Below, one piece after another: positions 27,241-42,075 of a stretch of DNA of 64,000 nt. The stretch is taken from contig OX597816.1 of NCBI GenBank assembly GCA_951406725.2, positions 40,920,001 to 40,984,000 of the forward strand, given 5' to 3'. The DNA comes from Octopus vulgaris (lineage: Eukaryota). The position numbers and the translations under genes are program-made. Below the pieces are notes generated by a model, which saw only the letters and a list, made by a program, of their open reading frames with translations, was not told the DNA's origin and ran no database searches. Within the stretch, counting starts at the first letter, position 1. The number at the start of each line of letters is the position of its first letter.

Positions 27241-30200
27241 CAACACTGTGTATATATTCATATACACAGTGTTGACGTATTTCATGTAACTACTTTATTT
27301 TCTGCTACATGTAGGTTGGTGCAGTTGTGTGATACAACTACGGCTTACGGATAAACTATTAATAACACCGAACAAATTAGTGTACCAATGAATGAGAATA
27401 TAACAACGAATTTGTAGGTAGCATACGATTCACAATAATACAGAACAAAATATCAAAGGGCTATTAAATGGAAAGTTTGTTACAGATGTAACTGTTAATG
27501 ATTATCCCATTAGTGTTTCCAAGTTCATAAATATTTACAAGATGGAGTCTTTTATATCCTAATCGACAAAGTGAGCGTCTGAAACGCAGACTCCCATGCT
27601 TTTTACTATTTTGGGACATTGAGTATTTATCATGATTTATCTGCGTTTGAAATTGTGTGTTGACATCTGAATAACGCATCTGAAATCCTGAGATTTACTT
27701 CATGTCTATGTTTCGACAAAACGTGTGCTTTATATCTCTTTGACATATTAAACAATGTTAATACAATATCCGGAGCAACATTGCTTTTGCAAAGTACCCT
27801 GCTGTTTATCGTCATTGCATTACGGTGCGGTAATAAAGTTGGAAATTTGTTATGAAAGAATGGTGCTTGTTTGTGATATTTAACGATACATCACTTTTCA
27901 GTAGGACCCAAAACTTACGAGTTGTTTTCAAGCTATATGAATTAGCTTCTCCTCACTGACTGCTTAACAAGCTAAGATACTAAATTGTGCGCATGATTTT
28001 TAACTTATTCTCAACTCTGTATCTCTTTTCCTTTCCTTAACCACGTATTGTTGGCATCACGTGATGTTGGCATTCTAGGCATTCTAATTTTATCACAAAC
28101 AACTTGGTCAAATGTTTAAGCGTAGCAAATTGGACAAGACTGGGAGATGTCCATAAGAGAGATTAAGTTATGTGGTTATTGCCTGAGGAGTTCACCAGTC
28201 CTTCTCAGGAAAGTAAATTGTCGATGTTCACAAATGTATTTCTTTATCCCAATAACTACAGAAGAAATACTCCCAATTAGAGATTAGAGATTTTAAGCAG
28301 GAAATGTCAATTTGCCAGCTGCAAGTTTTCAGTATTTTATTTATTAGTTTTGATAATAGGAAATAACCGAGTGGTTCTGAGTTTATAAAGATTTTATTAA
28401 GTGTGCAACAGATTTATTTCATGACATTAATAATAATGACCCTATTAGCGAAAACTAGTAATGTAGTTAAAGATGGTATTATGGAAATGAAGGCTAACAA
28501 AAAAGCGAGGCATTTAAATGAATGCGCCATCTTTTCTATTCAACTTGGTCAAGTCATTGATATAACAGCATCTGTTCATTTAGTTGTCAGTACACGATAT
28601 TTTCCCTAATGTTTCACTTCGAGACGAGTTTATTACGTTCATGAATTTGCCTCTATATACATCATGACCGGATATAAATGAACAGATTTCTCAAAACTAG
28701 TCCCAGTTACGAACGGTGGCGCCACTTATATGATTCAAGAACATGTTGGTCCATAAAGAATTTTATGAAACTGTTGATTATCATTCGTTTCTATCCAATT
28801 TGTAGTATATAAGAAACTACTGTCGACGAAATAGGAATTATCGATATCTGAGAATATGGAAATTTGTGTAAAGGCTAGTCAATTTGGTAGCCGCTAACTT
28901 TTTATGAATATGAATATACTTTTAAATGAATGAAGAATTAGTGTAGAGTGTAGAGTGTAGAGTAAAACTAACGTATGATGGTCAAGTCAAGGTAATGTAT
29001 TTAAACGGTTTGTCTAATGTATCTATGGAATCATGGCAAATGTGAAACTGAATTTTTACCTATGATCTGGCTTAACTGAGTAGACTTATTTTCACGACAC
29101 CTCCTTACATTTTAAAGAACCTAATATTTAATAGCAACTGCTTCTTGAATCTCATGATAAGAAGTCTTGCTGGTTCAAGGGTTTTAGATTAAACACATCA
29201 TTCTATCTGACTTAGAAAGTAAAAGTTTGATGCATTTCCAAAGGATGAGGAAAATGTTTGAAAGCCTCGACTGTGAGCACACACAGAATTGTTATAGAAA
29301 TTATCAGAGCTGAGACTGAGCACTTTTCCTCTAGATTCGTCCAATTTAGAAAGTAAGAGAAAATCAATACAATTATATACACTCATCTGATGAAGTAGAT
29401 TTCACGAATCTGAAATTAGATGTATTTGTGTGATAGGAGTTAAAAGAAAATACAATGTAGCTAGTACAATTTCAATATAATCCTATATAGAAGCACTTAG
29501 AGTAGATTTATAAAAGAAATTAAGCTAAAAATGTACAGGTAATAGAGAATAAGCATTCAATAACTGAATTACATTCTCCAAGTTTTGGTGGACTTAACAT
29601 TCTTGCGCAAGCTCTTGTGGCCATTTTTCTCATCATATGATGCATTCTCCTTATCACCAAGTAAGATATATAATACTATTTAAGAGAAGAAACAGCTCCC
29701 GTGATAATTTGTGTTCTGTCTACGCAGCATCAAGTTGTATCCAATGTATCTCTCCGACCAGGTAACTGTATTCTTGAATTCAGGAACAAAATCGTCATGA
29801 AGATAAGGTTAATATTTTCGTTCGAGTTATGTTTTATTAAAACCCTATATTTTAAAATTTATTGAAACAATTAGCTGCATATCTTAAGTAGTAGATAAAG
29901 CTAATATAATATTTTAATATTGCTAATATTCCGAAAACAGGATCATTTAACATAAGAAAATCTTCGCCATGGTGGTCTAAAAATATTTCGACAGGATTGC
30001 GCTATTATGACACTTAAAGGAGAGGCATGTCCAGGGCATGGGTTATATTGCAAGTGTATTGCAAAGACGATTGGTAGGCACAATCGTTTATTTTTAGATT
30101 TGATATTAAGTTCTTTGACGTGAAGGAGAACAGCTAAGTTTGCAGGTCTCTTGTATGTTGTACTGACTGCTAAAGAGTTGAACAGTTACAATAGTATTCA

Positions 30201-30998
30201 TATCATGTTATTCGGGCAGAGAAAAGAGACTGTCAAACGCAGCCTCTTAAGGAATTTCCTGTTTGCTCCCTGAATGAGATATTTGACGTTAGGAAAGAAA
30301 CTAAAATTTACAAAATATGTCTTCGGCTACAAATCAGTAAACATGTAAATTGTAGATTTATTTATTTCTCAATCATATTATTAAATGGAAAAAGCATTAG
30401 GATAATACGTCCAAAGTTATAACATGTCATTTGTATCTTCTGGTATTTTGAGTTACTCTTATGCAATGCTAAATGTCAGAATATAAAAAAAACAAACTAG
30501 TTCTTTTTGCTGATATGTCGATTGACTTATATTGCTACGATAAAACGTCCATATGGTCCAGTCTATGCAAATTGTTTGTACGAAATGTAACACGCCTTGC
30601 ATTACTTTTATATGTACTAAATAACGAAACGAGTAAATTTTATAACTAACACGTGTAATTATATTTTTATAAGGAAAGGAGGTATATTAATATGGGAGAG
30701 AGTAGCGGGTACATGAATTAATAGAGGTTCATGAAGATGTAGCAACTTTTCATACACTTATTAATATGCGAAATAGGCATTTTATTAGACAATATATCGT
30801 ATATGACTTCAAATGCTCCAATATGTATTACGATATCAAGACCGGCTACTTTATGCTGGCATCAACTCACTACAGGCTAATCACACAACAATTCTGAATA
30901 AGTTATATGTCACTCGAGTCAAATATTTCTGGTACAGTGCACCGCTTTGTAGCGTAACACGAATCTCTCTCTGACTCAGTCTGTCTGTCTGTGTGTAT

Positions 30999-31405
<407 letters not shown>

Positions 31406-31408
31406 CGC

Positions 31409-31440
<32 letters not shown>

Positions 31441-32760
31441 TAAAACAGTTTGATTCTGAGCCCATGGTACTCTGAGTTTCAAGTGCGTGGCTAATCTTCG
31501 GCCATTGACATGTGAATAAGAGATCGATAGAAAAGTGTCGATGTTTCTTACTGGATATTAGTCTGCGATTGATCGAGAAATGTCACGCGGTATTAGTGTC
31601 GGTATTTTAGCATTTTAGCGACAGTAGTTAAATAGAAAATACCGTGAATAGGAAATCGACCGTCGTGAACAGAAAATCTCGTGCCTAGTAGTAAATACCA
31701 TCGGATGGTGTAAGCGTGGCTCTGTATACTACATCCCTTCAAGTGCATGATCCTACTAGAGGGCGAGTGGTAGGGTATTGGCTGTTACGGGTTGGGGTTG
31801 GGGTTGGGTGTTTAGTGGGTGCGGTTTTACGTCTGTTGATGCATACGATGTTGTCTAAGCATGAGTAGCTTACCATAACATTCTGTGGGTGGAAAAGGTA
31901 GTATATAGTTTCGTCTCTGTGTAAGTGTTTCATTATTAACGACAGGAAGCCATGGCTACGTTGGTAGAAACTTCTAGGTTTAATGGGAGTTATGTCAGAT
32001 TATTTTCTTTTTCCTAATACTCTTCAGGTGATGAGAGGCAGTTTGGTGTTCGTCCACATACGTAAGCCTCCTTGAAAATCCGCTCGTAGCCAGAGCATCA
32101 TTGTAGTGGAAGGCGTCCCTGTTAAAGATCTCCATATTGGCTGAGAGTTTAGATACCAGTTTGCTAATTCCTGGAACAAGGCTTCTAATTACAGCGTAGG
32201 TGGTGGTTTGCGCTCTTGTGGATATATACTGTTTCTTCATTTAGCCTCCTGTAAAGGCAGTATTTGCCCATATTCAGGTCTAAGGTTACGTACAAGAAAT
32301 CGACCGTAGTCAGATTGGTAGTAACCGTTATGGACAGGCCGAAATCTTTGGATATGTTTATCAAGTCCTTCTTGAACCTGGCTGTGATGTGGCCATTCAT
32401 ATAGCCCTGCCATCGTCCATATAGAGGGCCGAGATATGCTTATGGGAACGTCTATTGAGCGTATCCAAAATGTATAACCCGACGAGGTTGGCGACTTCAA
32501 ACATGGCAAATCTCGCCTTGGTTTCAAGAAAGATCAGCCTGCAAATTCACCTACTTCGACATTGTTGACTTCTACCCTTTCATATTCAAGCCCCTTCTTA
32601 TGAAGGCCCTTGCTGTTGCTCGGCAATTTACCAACATTAGCGATCTTGATATCAGAATCATCATGAATGGCAGTGAGTCAATTCTGGTCCATGACGATTC
32701 CTTCTGGGTGAATTTGCAGGCTGGTTTTTCTTGATACGAAGGAGCCAGTCTATTACAGCT
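31441..32760 (-). mobile_element. Penelope-like element: decayed RT plus pLTR
   Basis: FKKDLINISKDFGLSITVTTNLTTVDFLYVTLDLNMGKYCLYRRLNEETVYIHKSANH...MVSYSCLDNI. The terminal 31441-31690 is the inverted homolog of 32950-33195. Confidence 0.85.
31463..31507 (-). ncRNA. Type I hammerhead, U4C variant, weak stem II
   Basis: AUGG CCGAAGA uuAG ccacgca CUu GAAACU cag AGU A CCAU. Confidence 0.6.
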
Positions 32761-32779
32761 GCACGGGAGTTTCATTGAG

Positions 32780-33680
32780 TCAACTCTGTAGCCCTTTTGA
32801 TATCAGAGTAGATAGTATCGACAATACGATTGCTACTAATACCTACACTCGTAGATATATGGGCATATACACGTACGCACACACACTGACACACACACAC
32901 ACATTATATACCACTATATCTACCACCCCTTCCTACTTCCTCCCAACCACAGGACCGATATGCTCTCCACCACACGGTTGATTTCCTGTTCACCGTCCGG
33001 TATTTTCCATCTAATTGCTGTCGCTAAAATACTAAAATACCGACATTAATGCCGCGTGACCTTTCTCAACCACTCGCAGACTAACGCCCAGTAATAAACA
33101 TTGACTCTTTTCTATCGATCTCTCACGCAGACGCCAGTGACCGAAGACTAGCCACGCGATTGAAACTACCAAAGATTCTGCATCAAACTGTTTTGATCTA
33201 TTCATGTAACTCCCCAATAAATGTGTTGAGTGCCCTTCTTTCGTTTGACTACTCGCTCATACAATTGCTCTAGGCTCTGTTGAGTGCCAGTCATGAACAT
33301 CTAATCAACTGCTTGGAATGGAGAGACAACCGTTTCGGTACGACCTATGGAATATTCAAATTCCTCCAAGGAGAATCTACTGGACGTGACTCAAAGAGAA
33401 GTCCGAAAGTGTTATCCAAACGAATGCGCTGGAAAGATTTCTTGTAAGAGAACCATTCCATTAATACTTCTGTGGCGAAGTTTGCTTTTAAATCTCGAAA
33501 GTGCCCCCGCAACTGAAAGACATTGAGAACTTCGAGACTAACTTATGGAACGTTGTAAAGAAGGTCAGGTTCCAGCACCATTCTAACCCCTTCCTTAAAT
33601 CCTTAAGTGACTACATGACCAGTATTAAATAATCTCCCAATCTACATATCCTCGCAGACAAAACAAAAAATATTTTTGAA
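32780..33680 (+). mobile_element. Penelope-like element: pLTR plus decayed N-terminal ORF
   Basis: pLTR with a broken hammerhead (ccgaaga..gaaac, 33141-33166), then FKSRKCP/QLKDIENFETNLWNVVKKVRF...NLHILADKTKNIF, typical of the pre-RT region of PLEs. Confidence 0.7.
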
Positions 33681-34127
33681 TCAAACTTACCCACACATTC
33701 AACTCACAAGATTATTAACAGTACCAAATTAATTTTTTTTATATTCTGACTTTATTTTCCTAATTTATGAACATTGTACTAATATTTAATGTTTGATCAT
33801 GCAAAACATGGAATTACACACAATGTGGGACAATACAAGTGTGAAGGAATACACATTTTCATAGGACTTTGAACTTTGAACTCTCTTTTTTTTTCTGGGA
33901 TGACCACATCCTCCACTCTTTTCTTATCTTTCCCATCCTACTTCCTAAAATTGTCATCTTGAAAGGTCACCAGCCCTTATGACTAAATGTGTTTATTTAC
34001 AAATATGTTGATAGACATATAATGGGAAGGAAAAGAAAAATGCTTTGTAATGAAATTTAAATAAATTGACCACATCAAATTGAAAAGAAACCCCTCTATC
34101 GCTTTGTTTCTCTGTCTCTGTCTATGT

Positions 34128-34372
<245 letters not shown>

Positions 34373-35113
34373 TCCTTTCCCCATCCTATATTATTTTTCT
34401 TCTTTCTTGCTTATCCCGAAACATCTCTCTCTGTCTGTTTTTTTCCTCCCTCGTTGCTATTCTTTCTGTTTATCCTTTTTCCCAAAAAACAAAAACATCT
34501 TTCTCCTCTGCTGCACATCCGATTCATATAAAGTAACAACGAAACATTCTGTTTTTAACATTTTCATTTGATTTCAGCTTGAACTAGAGGTTGAACAAAA
34601 ACGCCACTAATAACTTATCCAAAATTCTGACTGACTCCGTTTTCTCAATATACATATATTGAAAATATATATGTGTACATTTATATATGTATTTATATAT
34701 AGTTAGATACATTTATGCCACCACGAAATGTATATACACACATACATTCACACAAACGCAAACACATGCACACATACGCACGCACACACACACAATCACA
34801 CACACATATAATTGAAAAGAAAGACAAATACGTACATAAAAAATATATATACATACATACACATTCACAAATAGACATATCTCTCTCTCCTCTCTCTGTA
34901 TATATATATATACTCATATATAAACTCATATATACCCATAGATATTCATATACACCTATGGTTGTGCATCAATATACATAAGTATGTACGTGTATAAGCG
35001 AGTGAATGCGTTCGCGCGCGATACGTTATCATTTATTTGGGAAAAGATATTATGGTTGGTAAAGAGCAAGTATGGAAAAATCTTCTAAAACGAAAGAATA
35101 AAATGAAAGTGTC

Positions 35114-35168
<55 letters not shown>

Positions 35169-35249
35169 CAATTGCAGCGTGGAATGTGTTTGTAAGCCAT
35201 TTAAGAAACACACAAAAGCCGTTCGATTCGCTTCAACATTTAAGTTTAA

Positions 35250-35300
35250 TTTGTTAAAATATTTTCGTCGCTATAAAACCGCGACCTGTTCACTGACAAA
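35250..35300 (-). ncRNA. Hammerhead, G3:C8 variant
   Basis: UUUGUCA GUGAACA g GUCGC gguuuuaua GCGAC GAAA AUAUU U UAACAAA. Confidence 0.55.
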
Positions 35301-35303
35301 AAA

Positions 35304-35353
35304 TTTTCAGTGAACAGGTCGCGGTCTTATAGCGACGAAACTATTTTGATAAA
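35304..35353 (+). ncRNA. Hammerhead, G3:C8 variant
   Basis: UUUUCA GUGAACA g GUCGC ggucuuaua GCGAC GAAA CUAUU U UGAUAAA. Confidence 0.5.
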
Positions 35354-35491
35354 TTAAACTTAAAAGTTGAAGTGAATCGAACGGCTTTTGTGTGTTTCTT
35401 AAATGGCTTACAAACACCTTTCACACTGCAATTGTTTTCGTTCCAGCACACGATCTCAGATCAAATCACTTGCTATGCAAGTACATCTCCG

Positions 35492-35533
<42 letters not shown>

Positions 35534-35984
35534 TTCACATAACATATATATATGATAAAATGAACGATAATATTTTGTAATTAATATTCAAATATTAAAG
35601 TAATTAATATTCAAATTAATATACATATTTATGTGTGTGTGTATGAGTTTGTGAGTGTGTGTGTGTTTGTGTGTGTGTGTGTATGTCTGTGTATGAAACT
35701 GGTAAAGTAAATACAATCTACGATAAAAATTCGCATTTTTATTTTCATTAAAATGGCAGCGTCTTTCAGAGCAAAACCTTACAAAGCTTTTCTCATTCTT
35801 TATTGTTACTCACTGGCTCTCCGTACGTTGTTTTACTCTTCTTTCCTCTAAGCATGCCCGTCAGGTGAGAGAGACATTGCGTTTCACTATATGTAAGGTG
35901 TGATCAACTTCTGCAGCTTAAGTCAACTTAAATGTATTTGTATTTTATCTTGGTTATTATAGATAATTATATATATATAAACAG

Positions 35985-36517
35985 TATCATTTCTACATCT
36001 CTCAGACAGAAACATACAATGTCATTTCTTTAAAATAAAATTTAATTGCCAAAATCATTTGGCTGTCCTACGAGGGACGTTGTAACTGTTTATTAACAGC
36101 AAGAAACATCGTTTCTAGCAGGCTACAAAACACATCTGTGTCCTTATATTTTCGAACCGAGGAATTCAATCTCCCTGCCCAAGCACAGAACAACATTTGT
36201 GGGGTAGTTCCAGGGTAATTGCTCTTTGCTCTTCATCAAGACAGAGTATCTGCTACGCTAGGTGGTGTTGCTGAATTCACGGTTACATCATATAGATTTC
36301 AACGTGCCACACAGCCACTGAGATATGAGTAGAAGTTGTATTATTTCTAAATATTTCAGAGAGACATACAATAACATTTCTTTAAAGTAACATTTAATTG
36401 GCAACATGATATTGTTACTGTTTATTAGCCATCTAGAAACGAGGTTTCTTGGGGGCTAATAAACAGTAACAACGTCCCTTAGAGGACAGCCATATTACGT
36501 TGGCAATTAAATTTTAC

Positions 36518-36520
<3 letters not shown>
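35985..36520. mobile_element. Direct-plus-inverted repeat element related to the 10.1/13.6-kb family
   Basis: 35985-36100 repeats directly at 36338-36430; 36432-36520 is the inverse of 36030-36118; shares atttcta.atctctcag and tgtgtccttatattt.cgaa. Confidence 0.55.
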
Positions 36521-36603
<83 letters not shown>

Positions 36604-36645
36604 AATAAACATGTATATTTACATATATATATACATGCATGCATG

Positions 36646-36705
<60 letters not shown>

Positions 36706-36723
36706 CATATGCATGCATGCATG

Positions 36724-36784
<61 letters not shown>

Positions 36785-36893
36785 TGTATATATACATATA
36801 TATATATATAATAATAAGAGTAAATAATTTCTATAATGGTTTTTAAAAAAAGACCACAATTATTTACTGGTAGAATTCGGTATGTAAAATCGG

Positions 36894-36982
<89 letters not shown>
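36521..36982. repeat. Compound (CA)n/(TA)n microsatellites
   Basis: Direct inspection. Confidence 0.95.
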
Positions 36983-36985
<3 letters not shown>

Positions 36986-37027
36986 TTGTGTGTATTCCAT
37001 AATTCATGCTTATTAATACTACTTGCG

Positions 37028-37215
37028 TGGAGGCGCGTGGCTGAGTGGTTAGGCTGCAAGTATCATGATCTTAAGACTGTGGTTTCGATTCCTGGACTGG
37101 GCGACGCGTTGTGTTCTTGACCAAAACACTTCATTTCACGTTGCTCCAGTCCACTCAGCTGGCAAAAAGGAGTAACGCTACCCATGAGCCTGGCTAGACT
37201 TGGAAAAGGGCGCAT
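37028..37215 (+). mobile_element. tRNA-derived SINE (distinct short family)
   Basis: ggaggcgcgtggctgagtggttagg...ggtttcgattcc A/B boxes, then a gtgttcttgaccaaaacacttcatttcac body. Confidence 0.65.
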
Positions 37216-39082
37216 TTATTTTTATTTATTTTAATACTACTAGCACTATATTCCGAAAATATATCTATTAACATTGGTATTGCTCAAATGTAATAATCTA
37301 AATTGTGTATATCGTATGAGCTTGTCTGAAAATGCTTGAGCAAATCACTAGCTTGCGTATTTTGATTCTCTTTAATTCAACATCGACATACCAGTTGAAA
37401 CTTGTGTGATATTTTATTTCGGTATTACGCTGAAAGGATTATCGTTAATATCCGTGTATTTATTAGCTTCTAGCCAACTAGAGAATATCCTTACAAGTTT
37501 CTACTGTTATAAAATAGCAGCGAGATATCTTACTTTACAATTTTAAAACACGACAAAAATATTCGATATGATATTTGCTATTATTGTCATGTTAAATATT
37601 GGCTTGATGGTCTAGAATGCCTCTGAATGCATGTCTGGCGTATCATTATAAAGAACAACAATCTAGAGATGTGCCTTTTTATTGCTCTATGTGTTATATC
37701 ACATAACCTATATTATAGTTTCAGTGCATCGAATACTAAAACTATTTCATTGTTATCAATTTTGAGGCAGCAATTTTAATATTGTTACCAATTTTAAGGT
37801 GTCGAGCTGGCAGAATCGATAAAATAAGTATCAGTTGAGCAATGGAGTCGATATAATCTACTTACCCATCTCCCGAAATTGCTGGCCTTGTGCCAACGTT
37901 TGAAAGCAATGTTATTTTCAAAGTTATTGATGAAAGAATGTGGAATTTATAATGTTCAACATATTGCCTTTCCATTGAAACCTGCATCATTCGAAGTGGT
38001 TACTGTTCTGTTAAGAGCAAAATCACTGCCGTATATTTTTGAATATCCAGAGAAAAATTAACGTTTGTGACAACGTGGAAATCTTTCCGAGTGTCATTAA
38101 GTATTTCTAGTAGAACTATTATTTAGATTTCTGAAAAGTGGTTCCCCGGTTATTATTCTATGGAAAATATATAGTTTAAAGTATGTTTTTACATATTTTG
38201 ATACATATAATCCTCAGTAGAACTTTGGGCCGTTTCTTTTATCAATTACTGAAAGAACACAAGCACCGTGTGATAAGATAAATATCATTTATGTATAAAA
38301 GAACAGGACAGTTACAACATATAAGAAAATGTTTGGGAATTTAAAGTATACAAAAGTTTTCATATACATAAACGTATCATTACTACTCTTAGAATGATTG
38401 CTGTTCCTTGTTTATAATCAAATTTTACGCTTGCTATATCAGAAATGAAATGGAAATGTGCTACCAAATGATGGTAAGGTGATATTCAATTCTGCTTCAC
38501 TTTATGGCAAACCATATCGGAATACAGTGTACCTAAAATCATTATCCAATAAATATTCACGTTTTGTTTTGATACGTTTGCAACCACTTAAGAATTTGCT
38601 CATTTTTATTTCAAATTCCTGGCAATAACTCAAAGATTTCTGTAGTAAAGAGAATAAATAAAGGTAAATTTACTACAGTGATCAAAAAATATTTTATGTA
38701 CAAATGTAAAATTTCCTCAACTTCTGTGGAACGATTTGTAACAACTCTATATGTAAAAGTACATAACACAAGTTTATAAATACAGATGTATTTACCATTT
38801 TCTCTCCAGTATTCGTAAGTGTACAATTACATAGTAGTTTGTGGTAATCAAATAACATACATAAGTGTATATGTGTGTGTGAGTGAGAGGGAGTTTATAT
38901 CGATTATGCACATACACAAACACACACACACTCTCACATATATGTTACATATATACATATATATGTTACATATATACATATATATGTATATACACACATA
39001 TGTATTTATAATCTACATAAAAATATATTCACACACACACATACACACATGTATATATATATATATATAAATATGCATGTAT

Positions 39083-39139
<57 letters not shown>

Positions 39140-40039
39140 CATGCATATGTGTATATGTATGTATGTGTGTGTATGTGTCTGTATATTTTGTGGCATTGAT
39201 ATACCTTCTACCTGTATATCGAATATCCCCATATAACATATAACGCCATTGCATCAATATATAATGCTGGGTGTTTCTAAAACTCTAACACTGAAACATT
39301 CTTTTACTTCACAATAAAGAAATCCAGATAAATACGAACAATTATTAGTATATTTCACAGTCATTATTTTATATTTGCTAACTTGATATATTATTCAACG
39401 AATAACTTTATATCACTATAGTACTGTGAACCGAAAGAAAAGAATAAGAACAACGCAGTAAATTATGTAGATCAGAGCAAAAGGGATATATTATATAATG
39501 TAATCCTAGGTAGATGATACTATCGTGAAGGTCTGAATTTCTTATTGGTTCAGCAACAGTTCAGTGAAGGCTGACCAACGCTTAACAACAAGTATTAGCA
39601 GTTAGATGTGGTATACCATTTATGCCAATATCAAATCTGCTTTTTTCTAATTTACCCTCCCTGGATTGTTTGGTGTTTGTACTTGAGTTTCAGTAGATTC
39701 CTATATGAAAGATATTTATCAGCATCATAATTAACCAAATAGAGCACATCTCTATCAAGTCCTTGTTCCTTCAAAACATTTAACATATATTTTGATAAAT
39801 CTTCCATTTTTTTTTTTACTTTTAATAACTAGATATATATCCGCTTTCATCTGTACGTAAGGGGTTTTATTGGACTGAAAAGAGACAAGCTGGTTATTGG
39901 TAAAAATATAATTATTATCCTAGGAATATTGATGTGCCTCAACACGAGAAATATTTTATTCTACGGCCAAGAAGTGCATAAACAAGAACTGTTAATCCAT
40001 CCTAATACCCCTGAATCACTGCCATCCATTTGCTTCTAT

Positions 40040-40427
40040 GGAGGGGGAAGCACTCCGTCGGTTACGACGACGAGGGTTCCGGTTGATCCGAATCAACGGA
40101 ACAGCTTGCTCGTGAAATTAACGTGTAAGTGGCTGAGCACTCCACAGACACGTGTACCCTTAACGTAGTTCTCGGGGATATTCAGCGTGACACAGAGAGT
40201 GACAAGGCCGGCCCTTTGAAATACAGGTACAACAGAAACAGGAAGTAAGAGTGAGAGAAAGTTGTGGTGAAAGAGTACAGCAGGGATCACCACCATCCCT
40301 GTCGGAGCCTCGTGGAGCTTTAGGTGTTTTCGCTCAATAAACACTCACAACGCCCGGTCTGGGAATCGAAACCGCGATCCTATGACCGCGAGTCCGCTGC
40401 CCTAACCACTGGGCCATTGCGTCTCCA
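40040..40427 (-). mobile_element. SINE family B, young copy with 13-bp TSD
   Basis: TSD catttgcttctat at 40027-40039 and 40428-40440. Confidence 0.95.
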
Positions 40428-41939
40428 CATTTGCTTCTATACACGTAAAAACGCACACACATCACACAATCGCTCACTCGCATATACACATAAGGAAATT
40501 GGTTGTGCGGTGCAGGTGGGGGGTCAGACCAGCACTGGACTAAAAGCATTATACAATGTTCAACGTTCATATTTGGCATTTCATCAGATTCAATTTGTAA
40601 TTTATCTCTTCGAAGTCGAGAAAATACATACGATAGGTAGTACACTTGGATTATTTACTAAAGAATACATTTCTTCTACAAAAAAACAAAAGTGTAATCT
40701 TATGACATTGTACCATATTTACAATAACAAGACAGTTACAAAAAAAAAATTCACATTAACGTACTGATTTTCTTTTCAGTTCAATGATGTAAAATCTGAA
40801 TTTCAATGAGATGCAATGCTTACCAGAATAGTCGAACAAAACAAAACGGATACAGTTGTACATTTGGTAACTATTCCTGGCTGGTTGTTTAAAAGTTTCG
40901 CAAATATATTGTATAGGTCATGATAACATACACCAATCAAATGCTTAATATTTTTAAAAGTAGAAATGTTAAAACTTGGTATTTAAATATGTGTATCGAT
41001 ACCATTGGTTCTTACAATTTTACTAAATCTAACACATCCACCCCACAACACAGCTGCAGTCAGTTTTCGTTTTCTTGCCTCCAAATTTCTTAATATTCAG
41101 TCGCCATTTTCTATAGCAATCATGTCTAATATTTATTAGTGCAGCTTCAGAACCACAACTTATTAGGAGAATATAATGTGAAACCGTTTTTGAACTGCAT
41201 TATGACTATGAAGAATAAATAATATTCATGCTAGGAAATTTAAGTAATTCATATGAAATTATAACGAAGTTCTATTGCTGTCTTTGTGAATTCTACTTAT
41301 CTACGAAGGCATTGCATTTGATTTTAAAATTTAACGACACCAATTTCGTAAACTCTCACTTCTGTCTCCAGACACTTTCCCTGTCTAACGATTAGCAGAA
41401 TACCTGCCTATTATGTCATTTTGCGTCGTAGTCAGTAAATTTACGACTTGCTTTATTAAAGACAGTTATATGAAATATTCTGAGGAAGCGATTCATATTT
41501 GTCTAAGAGCACTAGTTGTTAATATAAATTTTAGCCTTACTGTATAATCAATATTCGAAATAGTAATAATAGATGTGAAACGTTTGAATTTATCTCTTTG
41601 TTGTGTAGAGTGATATTCATAATTTCCTATAAGGATTCAATTCAACATGAGCTAAAGTGATTTTGTCAGAAATATCGATGACGCCTGAAACAGTTAAATG
41701 TAATTCCAACTACAACTTCCACCTTTACAATAACTATTCCTTTTGGCTATCTATGAAATTACGAATTAGTTGGAAGGTCGTACTCGTACATGTCAAAAGT
41801 TAAATAAGACCTGAATAATTTATTCATCGATTGCCTGTGCTGATGGTGGCAGAGGTGGTTTGGGTGGTGGTGGTGGTGGCGATAGTAGTAGTAGTAGTAG
41901 TAGTAGTTGTTGTTGTTGTTGTAGTTGATGTTTCTGATT

Positions 41940-42075
41940 TAGGTAAGAGGATGTAAAACAAAGTTGACCTCGGCATGATATTATCTCTGAAAGTAAAGGA
42001 CCAGAAGAAATGCCGCTACGCGCTAAACATTTTGTTTGATGTTCTAACAATTCTAACGGCTTCTTACGCTAGATA
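41940..42075 (-). mobile_element. Decayed SINE family C fragment
   Basis: aaagttgacctcggc...gaaatgccgcta..gc...ctaacaattct. Confidence 0.5.

Larger units (their letters stand above)
35167..35495. mobile_element. Fold-back of two PLE pLTR copies inside (TA)n
   Basis: 35167-35297 pairs with 35307-35437; same sequence as 2022-2215. Confidence 0.9.

Noticed and set aside
27480-30330. Possible old DNA-transposon remnants (piggyBac/hAT-like)
   Set aside because: No catalytic motif or terminus could be identified with confidence.
40765-40810. Acceptor-like ctgattttcttttcag
   Set aside because: All three frames stop within about 10 codons; no other support.
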